DNA from: Selaginella moellendorffii
Lineage: Eukaryota; Plantae; Lycopodiophyta
DNA: 64,000 nt
Assembly: GCF_000143415.4 (NCBI RefSeq)
Contig: NW_003314327.1
Location: 25,116-89,115 of the forward strand
Direction of reading: 5' to 3'
The position numbers were made by a program, and so were the translations under genes. The notes beneath the pieces were generated by a model. It was given only the letters and a program-made list of their open reading frames with translations. It was not told the DNA's origin and ran no database searches. Below are positions 37,464-47,699 of the stretch, piece after piece (position 1 is the stretch's first letter; each line of letters starts with the position of its first letter).

Positions 37464-40400
37464 CTACACATACAGAACAACACGCCCATCCTCTCCAACA
37501 GTTGCCAGCAAACGCGATGACGTTGTAGTTTTCACTTGTACGATTTTCGATTCTACATTGCACGCTTGCATAAGAGACGACTTGAAAATCAAGAATTTCA
37601 TACCTTGTTCAAACATTTCAACCACTCTTTTTCCGGTGGAAAATTCCCAAAGAAAAACTCGCCCCTCGTCAGTGCCAGCAACCCCATAAGGTCCCATGAC
37701 GGCTGCTGAGCATATTCTGCACTCGAATGTTATGAACAAAAAAGTTCCAGTGGATTTTCATACCTGTTAGCAATATCATTGCCAACAAACAAGGCATCAT
37801 TCTCTAGCAGGGCCATTCTCCAGTGGTTCTGATGTTTCGCATCGTCCTTGACATTGGTCAGAAGACAAGCACAGCAATCGTAGTCTCGATCTCTGAAATC
37901 ATCCACCAAAGAAAGATCTACGACATGAATGTCTGAAAAAGTATATCTTGAAATGTGGCATGAAGAAAGTAGCTGTTTTTTGGAGATATTCCTGTAAGAT
38001 GTAAGAGAAGAGAGTGAGTTTCTTGGACTGCAAACCGAAGATAGAAATACCAGATTGCAAAGTAACCATCCGCATCACATCCAAGAACAAGGTGAGGTGC
38101 TTGAGGAACGATGACTAGCTTTAAAATGCTCCGGAAAGTCTTGTCTTTATATCTTGCAGGTGGGAGATCTGTTTCATACAGAGAATGCCTGAATAGGACG
38201 TGATTAATGCAAGGAAATACAAACATGAAAAGCGATTACCTCCAAGACGGATCCATGCGCCATTCTTTGATACAACCGTCATCTCCAGCAGCGACCAAGG
38301 AAAGAGGTCCTGTCATCAAAAGGCATCTCATTGCGGCAGTCGCAAAAAGTTCAGCCTTCGGATCACGTTCAGCAAGAGAAACCACCCGCACTATATTTGA
38401 CTGACTGGGAAGCTCGGGTCTATGAACAGCAAAAGCTCCCAGCAACAGAAGGCTGTCTCCGTCTGGAGTGAGTTGAATTCCAAACTCCGCTTGCTGCTGC
38501 GAAAATAATGTAAGTCAAATAGAAAGAAACACAGAACAAACCTTCAGAGAGTCTGTTCCAAAATTTTCGTAAGAATCCAGTGAAAAGGACTGTAGCAACG
38601 TTGCCTCCGATAGCAAGTTGTTGTCAAGGGAAATACGGTATACATATAGTTGTACACCGTGCTTCCCCAGAGGACCACAAGAGACGCAGATATCCACCTC
38701 CTGACTCCTTGCGTTGAGTGCCACGCAAAGAACTGAAAGGTCGTGCTCAAAAGCAGCGACGGGTTTTAGCATGTCCGAGCTAGTAAGCCGCTTGCTGATG
38801 GAACTAAAGCCGGTAAATACTCTCGACTGCATGTCCAAATCGTTGGCTACGGGATCCTTTTCATCAGCTTCCGGCACTTTGGTCCATGTATCCGTAGTAG
38901 ATACTTCTTGTTCGTTGATGGAACCAGACTTGTGGCCTGAAGCATTGTTGGAAGCATGCTTTTCTTGTTCGGTCGAAGTGTTTTCTCTTCGACTGTCCGC
39001 CACGTATGCTGGATTTTCTAGATCAAGTAGCTCCACATCTCCCAGAATCTGGCACGTTTCTTCAGCTAAAGGCTCCGCTGGTAGCCTTTCAAGTATATCC
39101 GAACTAGTGTACCGCTTGGTGTCCAAATCATCCAAAGCATTGCCTGCGGCGATCGTCGAATTCTTTTCGACAGTCTCAAGTTGCTTTACCAAGAGCTGGC
39201 TGGGCTGCGCCGTGACTTGTTCAAGCTCATTCGGGCTAGTCAGCTTGTTCGCGGTTACGTCCATGGAACCAGCGCCTGTGAAAGGTATTGACTTCGGGTA
39301 TAGAGCATTGTTGGGAGCTTGTTCGGCCGAAGTGTTCCTTATCCGACTGTCCGTCACGCACGCTGCATCAAGTGACTTGACATGTCCATCCTGGAACTTT
39401 TCGTCAGCAGAAGGCTCCGCTGGTAGCCTTTCAAGAGTATCCGAGATAATGTACCGCTTGTTCTCCGAATCAGCACAATGGTCGTCCAAAGCGTTGGCTG
39501 CTGTGATCGTCGAATCCTTTTGTACAGCCTCAAAGAGCTGCGTCGTGACTTGTTCAAGCGCGAGCTTATTGACGATGAATATGGGTGACGAGGACTCGAT
39601 TAAGTTTCCGCCAACACATTGTGTGTACTCGTCGATATTCTTTGTTTGCTGAGATGTTTCGGCGTTGTCAACTTGGTTGCTAGGCTCTTCAACAATGGAC
39701 TCCTCTCCAGCTTGACGCTCAACTGCGGTGGTAAGCTGCTTGTCGACGCGAAGTCTAAGGCCAGTAGGTGCTTTCTGTTGGTTGTCAAAGATATTTGTTG
39801 TCATGGCCGTCGTGTCACCTTGCTTGATCGGGTCTTTGGCTACGGAGGTCTCCAATGCCGTGTTACCCATCCCGAAGTCTATAGGACTTTCCGCCACATC
39901 TCTTTTGGAGAGATCTTGTCTCTGTCTTCTTCTTGAACGTTTCTTCATGAGAGGGACGGCATTTGGAAGTAGCAGAGATATCATGCTGGCAAACAAGTCC
40001 GAGTTGTTTTGATTTTCTTCTGAGTTGGATCCCAGCAATGACTGCTGACTGGTGCCGATTGTCACTGGTAAAAGAAAAAAATGAGATTCTCACTGCATTT
40101 GATGAGGAAGCTATTTGTACTTACACTCTAGATTTGGTGAATTATGTTCTTCTGTCACGTGAAGTACCTCCAGAGTATCAGGGACAATCTTAGACTCCAG
40201 CTCGGGTTCTTCTCTCATGTGAAGTTCCTCCAGAGTATCGGGCACAATCTTCGGTTCCAGCTCGGGTTCCGAATCCGAGACATAAACATTTTCTGGACCT
40301 ACTCAGTCCATAAAAGTTTATCAAAAGAAGAAAAATAGAATTGAAAACTTACAAGAATCTTCTGCACCGTGACGCTCTTGCGAGTTCTTGTCTGTTTTCA

Positions 40401-41103
40401 GCCGTTGAGACGACCTCACACCCTTGTCTCCTGGCCGCGGAGATAACACTCGCTTCCTATTTCCTTCCCGAATCACTGAAGAACGAAACACGTCTGGAGA
40501 ACGAGAGCTGGGCGAACTTTGCACATTGACTTCTGTCTCATCTTTTTTCGATGAAGCAGAAACTAGTTCACGTAGGAGATACTGCACAACAGGATCTGCA
40601 AAGCCAAACATCTGCCCAGATAGAATTGTTTTTTGCAATGGAGACAAAGACAAGAAAAGAACAATTACCTTCTCGCCATTGCCTCCAAGAGAACGAGTTC
40701 CTGGATGCTGGATTTTCATCATCGCTTCCCAAGCGGCATTTGCTGATGGACCCGTGCTTTCAATCTCCCCGCAGCGTACCTTGAAAGTTTCCATCAAGAA
40801 ACGCGCAAGAAAACCGAAAAGGAAAAAACTCACCGCAAACAAAGGCCCGAGCTTATCCGCTCGGATTTCCATCGCGTATGTCTCGCCTCCCTTCCTCGCC
40901 AGAGCTCTGTATCCCACAGGAAAAGGGTACCGCTTCTTTCCCTGCTCGCATTCTTCCCAAAATCAACAAAACAGCAGCTACATTCCAGAGAAATCCCTCA
41001 CCCGAGAGCTGCTCCAGTACCTCTTCTCCCACGGGCCCTGGAAAAGCGATCCAAGGGCCTCGATCTCCACCGATTGCTGCCGCACTGCCGCCACTTTCCC
41101 CAT
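37464..41103 (-). CDS. FY-rich (FYRN/FYRC-like) N-terminal, disordered middle, WD40-like C-terminal protein (At1g26330-like), multi-exon; the most complete copy
   Basis: MGKVAAV..EIEALGSLFQGPWEKRYWSSSR|GKERYPFPVGYRA, FGFADPVVQYLL, a 516-aa open exon, and C-terminal GTDEGRVFLWEFSTGK / LATVGEDGRVVLYV*. Not every splice junction was verified. Confidence 0.78.
40146..40270. repeat. 60-bp in-frame tandem duplication inside an FYR-gene exon
   Basis: Encodes EPELEPKIVPDTLEELHMRE / EPELESKIVPDTLEVLHVTE. Confidence 0.8.
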
Positions 41104-41129
41104 CCTCGCCTCAGCCTAGAACCCTAACC

Positions 41130-42380
41130 CCGACCACAAAACTTCCCGCCAAAATAGCCCCTCCTCGCGTAGCACGCAAGCGGCCACCAGCGTCACCGCT
41201 CCAGCGGCATCAGCGGGGCACCGCCTCGGCCTCGCCCAGCCTCCCACTAGATCCTTCCCGGTTCTTCTCGAACAGCGCGTCCAGGCTTCCACACTTGGCG
41301 TGCAAGCTTGCGAGCGCGGACTCCACCGCTGGAGTGGCGATTCCTAGCTCGAGAGCTCGAGCGTTAGATCCGCGAGAGCCGACGCTGCCGCGAGCGCGCT
41401 CACGATGGTGGCTTCGTCTGGGCGAGAGTCCATGGCGCGGTACGTGGCGATGGCGTCTTTGTAGCGGCCGTGGCGCACGTAGGTCGAGATCATCGAGTTC
41501 CAGGAGACTGCGTCCTTGTCCGGGATGCGATCGAACACGAGCTTGGCATCGCTCAAGCTCCCACAGTTGGAGAAGACGTCGAGCTTGAGCGATCTGTCTG
41601 CCGCCATTCTCTCGTGGATCGCCTTCCCGGTGTCTAGATCTCCAAGCCCAGCTGCGGCGGCTAGAGCGCTTGCAAAGGTGAAGAGATCGGGGCTGCCGGA
41701 GCCATCGTGTTCCATCTCCCGGTCAGTTTCCAGAGCTTCATGCAAATGCCCCAACTGGGCGAGATCATCGCGTTCCAGGCAACGATTTTGCTCGCGCAGC
41801 AATTTGCTGGCCTCGCAGATCTAGCATCGCCACCGCCGTGCTTTGCACGAATCGATCGGGATAGAGCCCTCGATCCTGGGCGTCAGTGAGAAGGCGCCGG
41901 CCGTGACCAAGATCACCACGATCGCTGCAGGCAGCGAGCATAAGTGATCCCATTGGGCTTACAGGTGGATCTCTGGTAGCATTCCAGTGCGCGATCTAGA
42001 TCTGTCGCCTCGGCAAATGCAAGCCCAGCTGCGGCGGCTAGAGCGCTTGCAAAGGTGAAGAGATCGGGGCTGCCGGAGCCATGGTGTTCCATCTCCCGGT
42101 CAGTTTCCAGAGCTTCATGCAAATGCCCCAACTGGGCGAGATCATCGCGTACCAGGCAACGATTTTGCTCGCGCAGCAATTTGCTGGCCTCGCAGTACTC
42201 GCCACATCATGCGAAAGTAAATCCATCCGGCTCCTCGAACACCTCCTGGGCCTCCGCCGCTGACCTCTCTGGGCATAATCCGCGATCATTGTGTTCCAGG
42301 CCACCAGGCTCTTCCTCTCCATGCCCAGGAACAGCGCTCTAGCGCTGGCGATGGAGGTGCCGCATCGGGAGTACGAGTGA
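41130..42380 (-). pseudogene. PLS-class PPR pseudogene with an internal 176-bp duplication
   Basis: SPDLFTFASALAA, GSLSDAKLVFDRIPDKDAVSWNSMIS, KSLVAWNTMIA, with frameshifts. 41643-41818 matches 42020-42195 with 2 mismatches. Confidence 0.8.
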
Positions 42381-42481
42381 CCCGCCTCCGTGAAAACCCT
42401 AAACCCCTCTTTTGGATCCAACAAAAAGTCTGCATAGCCTCTGGCTCACCATTGTTTAGGGTTATTAGTAGCTTGGAGAGA

Positions 42482-42816
42482 ATGAAGAAGATAAATGGCT
42501 ATGTTTCTATCCTCCTCCTTATGCTCGTTGTCTGTGCTTTGACTGTGAATGGAAGCAATGGTATAATCTCTCTCTCCACATTTTTCTTTCATTTTCTGAT
42601 TGAATTTGCAAATTCTCTTTTGCAGATAGATGGGATAAACTTCTAAGAACGGATGCCGAGCAAGCCAAGAGCATAATTCAACGTAAGGTCGGACGTGGTG
42701 TTAATGTTATAATGCTTCCAGAAGACAGTGCTTACACTTGTGATTTTCGCTGGAATAGAGTGAGGATTTTCAAAGATAAAAATAATAAAGTGTCTAAAGT
42801 TCCAAAGAGAGGATAG
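42482..42816 (+). CDS. Potato inhibitor I family (MEROPS I13) secreted serine-protease inhibitor, 2 exons
   Basis: Signal-peptide exon 42482-42560 and intron 42561-42625. Exon 2 reads DRWDKLLRTDAEQAKSIIQRKVGRGVNVIMLPEDSAYTCDFRWNRVRIFKDKNNKVSKVPKRG*, matching the family pattern W..L...T.DFR..RVR.F.D....V...P..G. Confidence 0.88.
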
Positions 42817-42910
42817 AAAGATAACTATGGCCCAAGATAAATTTAATCCTAATAGTACAAAAGTGGCCTAATTATTTTAAATAAATCTATATTCACGATT
42901 TCATAAACTT

Positions 42911-43483
42911 CTAGGCAGTATGGCGGAGATTGTAGCAGCGCTGGGTGCCACCGCCGCGTCGAGGAGCATGATCCGGAAGATCCCAAATGGACTGGTGTGA
43001 TGCCCGGTCTGGGATACGTGGAGATCCACGCCCATCACCTGGAAGATCTAGCATACATCCCGAGAAACGCCGTTTCCAGCACCACCAGATTCTCTCCACG
43101 CCGCTGCTGGATCCGCGAGTGGATGCGGTCCAGATCACGCAGCGCCGAGCACGCGCCGAGAGTCGTGGAGAGAACGAACGCATTGGGCGGCGGCGCAGCG
43201 CTGCCATTTGGTCGAAGAGATCCAGAGCTTGACGGTGGTGGCCATGGCGGGCGTAGGCAGCGATGTGATGCTCCAGGAGAAGAGGGATGGCATTGATGAC
43301 GGCGCGCGCGTCGGCGAGATCTGGCGTAGGCGTGGGCCCACGCGATTTGGTTGAGGAGGAGGAGGAGGAGGGGATCGCGATCGATTTGGGCGTGGACGAG
43401 TTTTGCATCGGGCAAGAGCGCGCATCTCTGGAGCATGCGTAGCCGGCCACTCTAGCGAGCTCCAACAAAATGTCCCCGCGCAT
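42911..43483 (-). pseudogene. PPR pseudogene fragment
   Basis: IAAYARHGHHRQALDLFDQM, PNAFVLSTTLGACSALRDL, ETAFLGMYAR, spread across shifted frames. Confidence 0.72.
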
Positions 43484-44055
43484 TCATATGAACGAATATT
43501 CGTTGCCCAGTGAAATGGTCAATTTCCTTGTTAACTTTTCTTCTTTGTTCTGTTTCCTCAGATCATTACATTGACTGCAATTTGATCTATTCACCATATC
43601 TGATATCCTCACCTAGAACTCTCCGTGGGGAATCAAAGAGGTTGAGGAGACACTCTTAATCCAAGTTTAATTCGTTATTTCTTGGAATTTTTGAATTTGT
43701 TTGTGTTCACTGTTCCGCCAAGAAGCCCCTCAAATTCATAGAAAGGTGATGGATTTGTGTAGAAGCTGCTACTTCCGGTCCAAAGCTGCCATGAAGGCTT
43801 TACTTCATACTCACGGTGGTGGGATTGAGAGCCCGTGAGCATTCTATTTGATCACGAGTTTGTTCTCGTGACTACTGTGCAAACAAGGCTGGAATACTAA
43901 TAACTACTACGTACCAGAAAAAGCCAATGAAGCAGCCAACTCCAAACGCAATCGGACTCGTCCCACCATTGACGTTTCACCCCTTGACGATCCTCAGGAT
44001 CGACACCGTGACACCGTCTGGACTGTTAGAACTAAGCTGAACAGGCACACAACCA

Positions 44056-44127
44056 GGGCAAGTAGCTTAGTGGTAGAGCACCTGGCACCAGTATAGGAGG
44101 TCTTGGGTTCAATCCCCGGCCTGTCCA
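44056..44127 (+). ncRNA. tRNA-like (Ala-type acceptor) Pol III unit in the 5' LTR
   Basis: 72-nt cloverleaf with A box TAGCTTAGTGG, B box GGTTCAATCC, non-canonical anticodon loop CACCAGT and TTTT downstream. Confidence 0.8.
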
Positions 44128-44309
44128 AATCCATTTTCCAACATGGTATCGGAGCTATGGTTGGATGGCCTGACTGGCAGGTAGGGATGTGTGGCGTGTT
44201 CAGCTTAGGGGGGAGTGGCCTGTGGTAGACATGGACTGGCAGGTAGGGATGTGTGGCGTGTTCAGCTTAGGGGGGAGTGTTGGAACTAAGCTGAACATGC
44301 ACACAACCA

Positions 44310-44381
44310 GGGTAGGCAGCTCAGTGGTAGAGCACCTGGCACCGGTGTAGGAGGTCCTGGGTTCAATCCCCGGCCTGTCCA
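44310..44381 (+). ncRNA. tRNA-like (Ala-type acceptor) Pol III unit in the 3' LTR
   Basis: GGGTAGG-CA-GCTC AGTGGTA GAGC-A-CCTGG CACCGGT GTAGG-AGGTC-CTGGG TTCAATC CCCGG-CCTGTCC-A, with TTTT downstream. Confidence 0.8.
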
Positions 44382-44402
44382 GATCCATTTTCCAACATGG
44401 AC

Positions 44403-44561
44403 TACTCGCAAGGAACTCGGGGATGGCTTAAGACGAGAGCAAAGTGCTACTTGGTTGTGGTGGTGCGCTTGCTGTACGTGGAAGCGGCAATTCGGATAGA
44501 ATGGGGATTCCCATTGACAAGGTGGCAAGGCTACCATGGCCACAGGTAATGTGGTCGCCAT
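44403..44561 (-). pseudogene. 5' fragment of the amine-oxidase gene (copy D), the TRIM target
   Basis: Matches 50774-50932. The empty-site sequence CCGTCTGGACTGCTCGCAAGG is present in the intact gene. Confidence 0.85.
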
Positions 44562-44639
44562 ACTCTCTATGGCCACTTCGTTTTGTTTTAAGAGGTTCCT
44601 TGGATTGCAGGACGAGATCCAACGGGGGTGTTTTGAGTA

Positions 44640-45465
44640 GTGACCAGCGCAAGGTGAGTGGAAGTTTTAGTGTCATCCGCACATTATTTTTGTTTTTGTG
44701 GCAGTTGAAGCTCGCCGTTTGCCAGCTCTCGACTTGCGTAGACAAGGGACAGAGCTATCCTTGAACAGGACGGCTTAAAAGGACGGCTGCTGGTGGCGGC
44801 AGCAAGCTGATCCTTCTTCCAGTTAATTTTTGTAGTTGTCTGTTCAGTCATAAGGAGAATGTGTTACAGGAAATGTGGAATTGTGCATACTCAAACGCGA
44901 GCTTTCCAATCTACGCAGGCGATTCTCCCTCTTCCAAAATGCTTTCGGACATGGCAAAGAGTAAGGAGGTTACCATCATCAGAACGACGTGCGATCATCT
45001 CTACAATACTTGCTGCATCTACGGAAAAGATGGCTCTCTAAAAGGTAAACATCGGAAGGTTTGCTTTTCTGACGCGTCGTCTACGGTTTTTTCTCAGACC
45101 TCTTTCACACCAGGTTCACTTTTTTGACATCGATATACCAGGAAAGATACAGAAGTATACTGTTGATTCGGGTAAGGTCCTGCAGGCATTGCGACAAGCA
45201 AAATAACTCACATTGCTCACTGACTCAGATGTTGGACGAATCGGTGTTGGTATTTGCTAGATGGCAATGACTTACGCAGCACGAGGTAGGAAGAAGACTA
45301 ACCATGTAGCTGCTGAGGATTAAAATCTATGTTGGTGCCAGGCGTACATATAATCTGCTATCCAGGAGCTTTCAACATGACTACGGGACCAGTGCATTGG
45401 GAACTCCTCCAGAAAGCTAGGTAACTCTTTGTTTCTTTCTTGTTGGGCGCGGAATTTACTGGCAT
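44640..45465 (+). pseudogene. Deleted omega-amidase copy (copy D)
   Basis: [26 protein letters not shown]. Shares deletions with the other decayed copies. Confidence 0.88.
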
Positions 45466-45477
45466 GTGTTTTTCATG

Positions 45478-46011
45478 ACGAAGGCAAGAGCTAAGGAGCC
45501 ACTGCCGGGCGCTCCAAGCTCTTGACTCCAGATGGCACGAAACAAGTGAAGCACGGAGACAGGAAAGCTAGGTGGGGATTTCTTTCCGTTAGTTTGAAGG
45601 AAGAGGTGGCCAAGGACTCGTATTTGGGCTCGTATTTTGTTTGCGTATCGTCATCTACATGCTGAAGAGGACGCCGGAGCTGAGTGATCGCACGAGTTTT
45701 ACCCTCGTTGTGGATGCTGCGTTCAAGGATACTGTCAACTTGAAGCAACTCTTCCAAGTAAGTGCCCTTCCTCTTCCTCTTCTTCTTCTTTCGGTTTTGG
45801 TTTGTTTGTTGCCAGTGCTGGCTGACTTGATGATTCTAATGCAAGATCCGTGTGTAGGTCGCTGCTGCTGCTGTTCTATGGAGCCAAGCTACAGGCTTTC
45901 GATTGGAGACGTGGTGAACTCTCTGATCCCGCTGGTCCCTTGTGACGCTCTGATCGCTCTGGTGGTGCTTTGAGGGCGATTGATCCGGCAGGAGCCACTC
46001 CGAGCGTGTAA
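45478..46011 (+). pseudogene. Chimeric gene-X / RLK-3' fragment, junction about 45672
   Basis: [39 protein letters not shown], nearly identical to the inverted copy at 35200-35590. Confidence 0.85.
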
Positions 46012-46173
46012 AACACAGGATGCATGCGTACAATTTTGTAGAGAAGCATGGCTATCCAGATTCAAATAAACGACTATCCTGAAATCACAAGATCGTCACC
46101 GTTGATCAAACGCGATTCCAGCCGTTGATTTGTACCCGTTAGCGAGAAGCTAGGTCAAAAAATTGGCGAGCGA

Positions 46174-47098
46174 GCGAGTTTGGGGAGGACGACTGTGGTG
46201 AGCTCCTCAAGTTGTACAGGCAGGGTGAGAAGCTGGGATCTGGCGGCGAAGGGCAGGTCTATTTGTTGAGTGCTCGTCGCAGGGCTGGCAAGAAGTATGC
46301 GGGGAAATGAGTTAAATTGATGAGGAATGCCGAGAACGAAGCTCGGCTCATGTCCAAGCTTTGCGTCTGCCCTGGAGTCGTGGCCTTTGAGGATTTCGTG
46401 AGGGAGAGAGAAGCTGGGAGGTGCTATGGGACTATCGTTATGGAACTTTGCGGCCCTAGCTTGGCAAAGCGATTGATCCAGGGCGGGGCAATGACTGAGG
46501 AAGAAGTAGCCAAGACTATTAAAACGCTAGCAGAAACATTCAAGTGGATGCATTTGAGAGGGGTCGTCCACTGCGATCTCAAGCATCACAACATCTTTCA
46601 GAGGCTCAACACCACTGCAGTAGATGAACTGGTGATTGGAGATTTTGGCACGGCCTCGGACAAGCAGTGGGATATGCAGCAATATTGTGGAACAGCAAAG
46701 TACATGGCACCCGAGGTGGTAGCTGTGAAGAATGATGGAGCCCGAGGACGACGAGCGAGTTACACAGCGGCCGTGGACATGTGGGGGCTGGGAGTCATTG
46801 TGTACAAGCTGCTGAGTGGGTATCGATCGAGAGTCGAATTTGATTTTCTGAGAGCTGGAGCATTCCCAAGTGATTTGGTGTCGTGTGAAGCAGAGGATCT
46901 CATCCAGGGAATGTTAGCTGTGGAGCAGAGCAAGAGGGTGACTCTAGATGCCGTGCTTGCACATCCCTAGATCGTCAAGCATTGTGGTAGTGGGGAGATC
47001 TTAACAGCGATGCCACATAGGAGGAGGCATTGTGGAGTAAAGAGAAAGTTTTCTGGCACGGATGCGGATTTAATTGTGAAAAAGATTCTAATGGGATA
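46174..47098 (+). pseudogene. Ser/Thr kinase pseudogene (copy D)
   Basis: Start codon deleted, TGA near 46308, HRD changed to HCD, premature TAG at 46968-46970. Confidence 0.9.
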
Positions 47099-47354
47099 AC
47101 TGTGAAAGCGAGCAATCCAGTATGTTTATATATATCCATCAACTCGCTGAGAAAATGTACACTTACTTCAAAAGTGATGCGTGGCAATATGATAAAAGGC
47201 TCATTGATGACCCATTCCTACTAGCAGGTAGAACGTTAACAACAAGAGACTTCAACTTCTAGACATACTTACTTCAAACATAAGACTATACTTTCTGCAT
47301 ATCATTTATATATATTGTTTTCTTTGAAGTTTTCTAAAACACATAAACATTAAC

Positions 47355-47550
47355 TTATAATTTTATTCTGATTTGTCCGGAAATCAGTATTGCTAATAGG
47401 GCTGAGAATAACAATTTTGGAGACATATGTGAACAACATACAAAGAATAGAATTATAATTTTATTCTGATTTGTCCGGAAATCAGTATTGCTGATAGGGC
47501 TGAGAATAACAATTCTGGAGACATATGTGAACAACATACAAAGAATAGAA
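47355..47550. repeat. 98-bp near-perfect tandem duplication in an AT-rich spacer shared by block copies
   Basis: 47355-47452 versus 47453-47550. Related single copies lie near 24015-24100 and 33985-34080 (inverted). Confidence 0.88.
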
Positions 47551-47699
47551 AGAATAGAAGAGAAAAAGAAGCAAGAGCATTAGTAAAGTTTTGGCATTGA
47601 ACTTCTAGAAAAATGTTTATTGTGGTGGAAGGCATTTTGAGAGACAGCCTTCCACCATAAAATTCAGTATATAAAGAAAGAAAAATTCAAAACCAAAGA

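Larger units (their letters stand above)
44024..44397 (+). mobile_element. Complete TRIM (miniature non-autonomous LTR retrotransposon) with tRNA-like sequence in both LTRs (Helenus-like)
   Basis: TSD TGGAC (44019-44023, 44398-44402). LTRs 44024-44143 and 44278-44397 are 120 bp each with TGTTGGAA...TTCCAACA termini and 10 differences. PBS TGGTATCGGAGC 44144-44155. PPT AGGGGGGAG 44269-44277. Confidence 0.93.

Noticed and set aside
38714-39652. 312-aa plus-strand ORF
   Set aside because: Antisense to the large FYR-gene exon, with no recognisable motifs.
44056-44381. Two bona fide tandem tRNA genes
   Set aside because: The anticodon loops are non-canonical, and both copies sit at identical positions in LTRs bounded by TSD, PBS and PPT.
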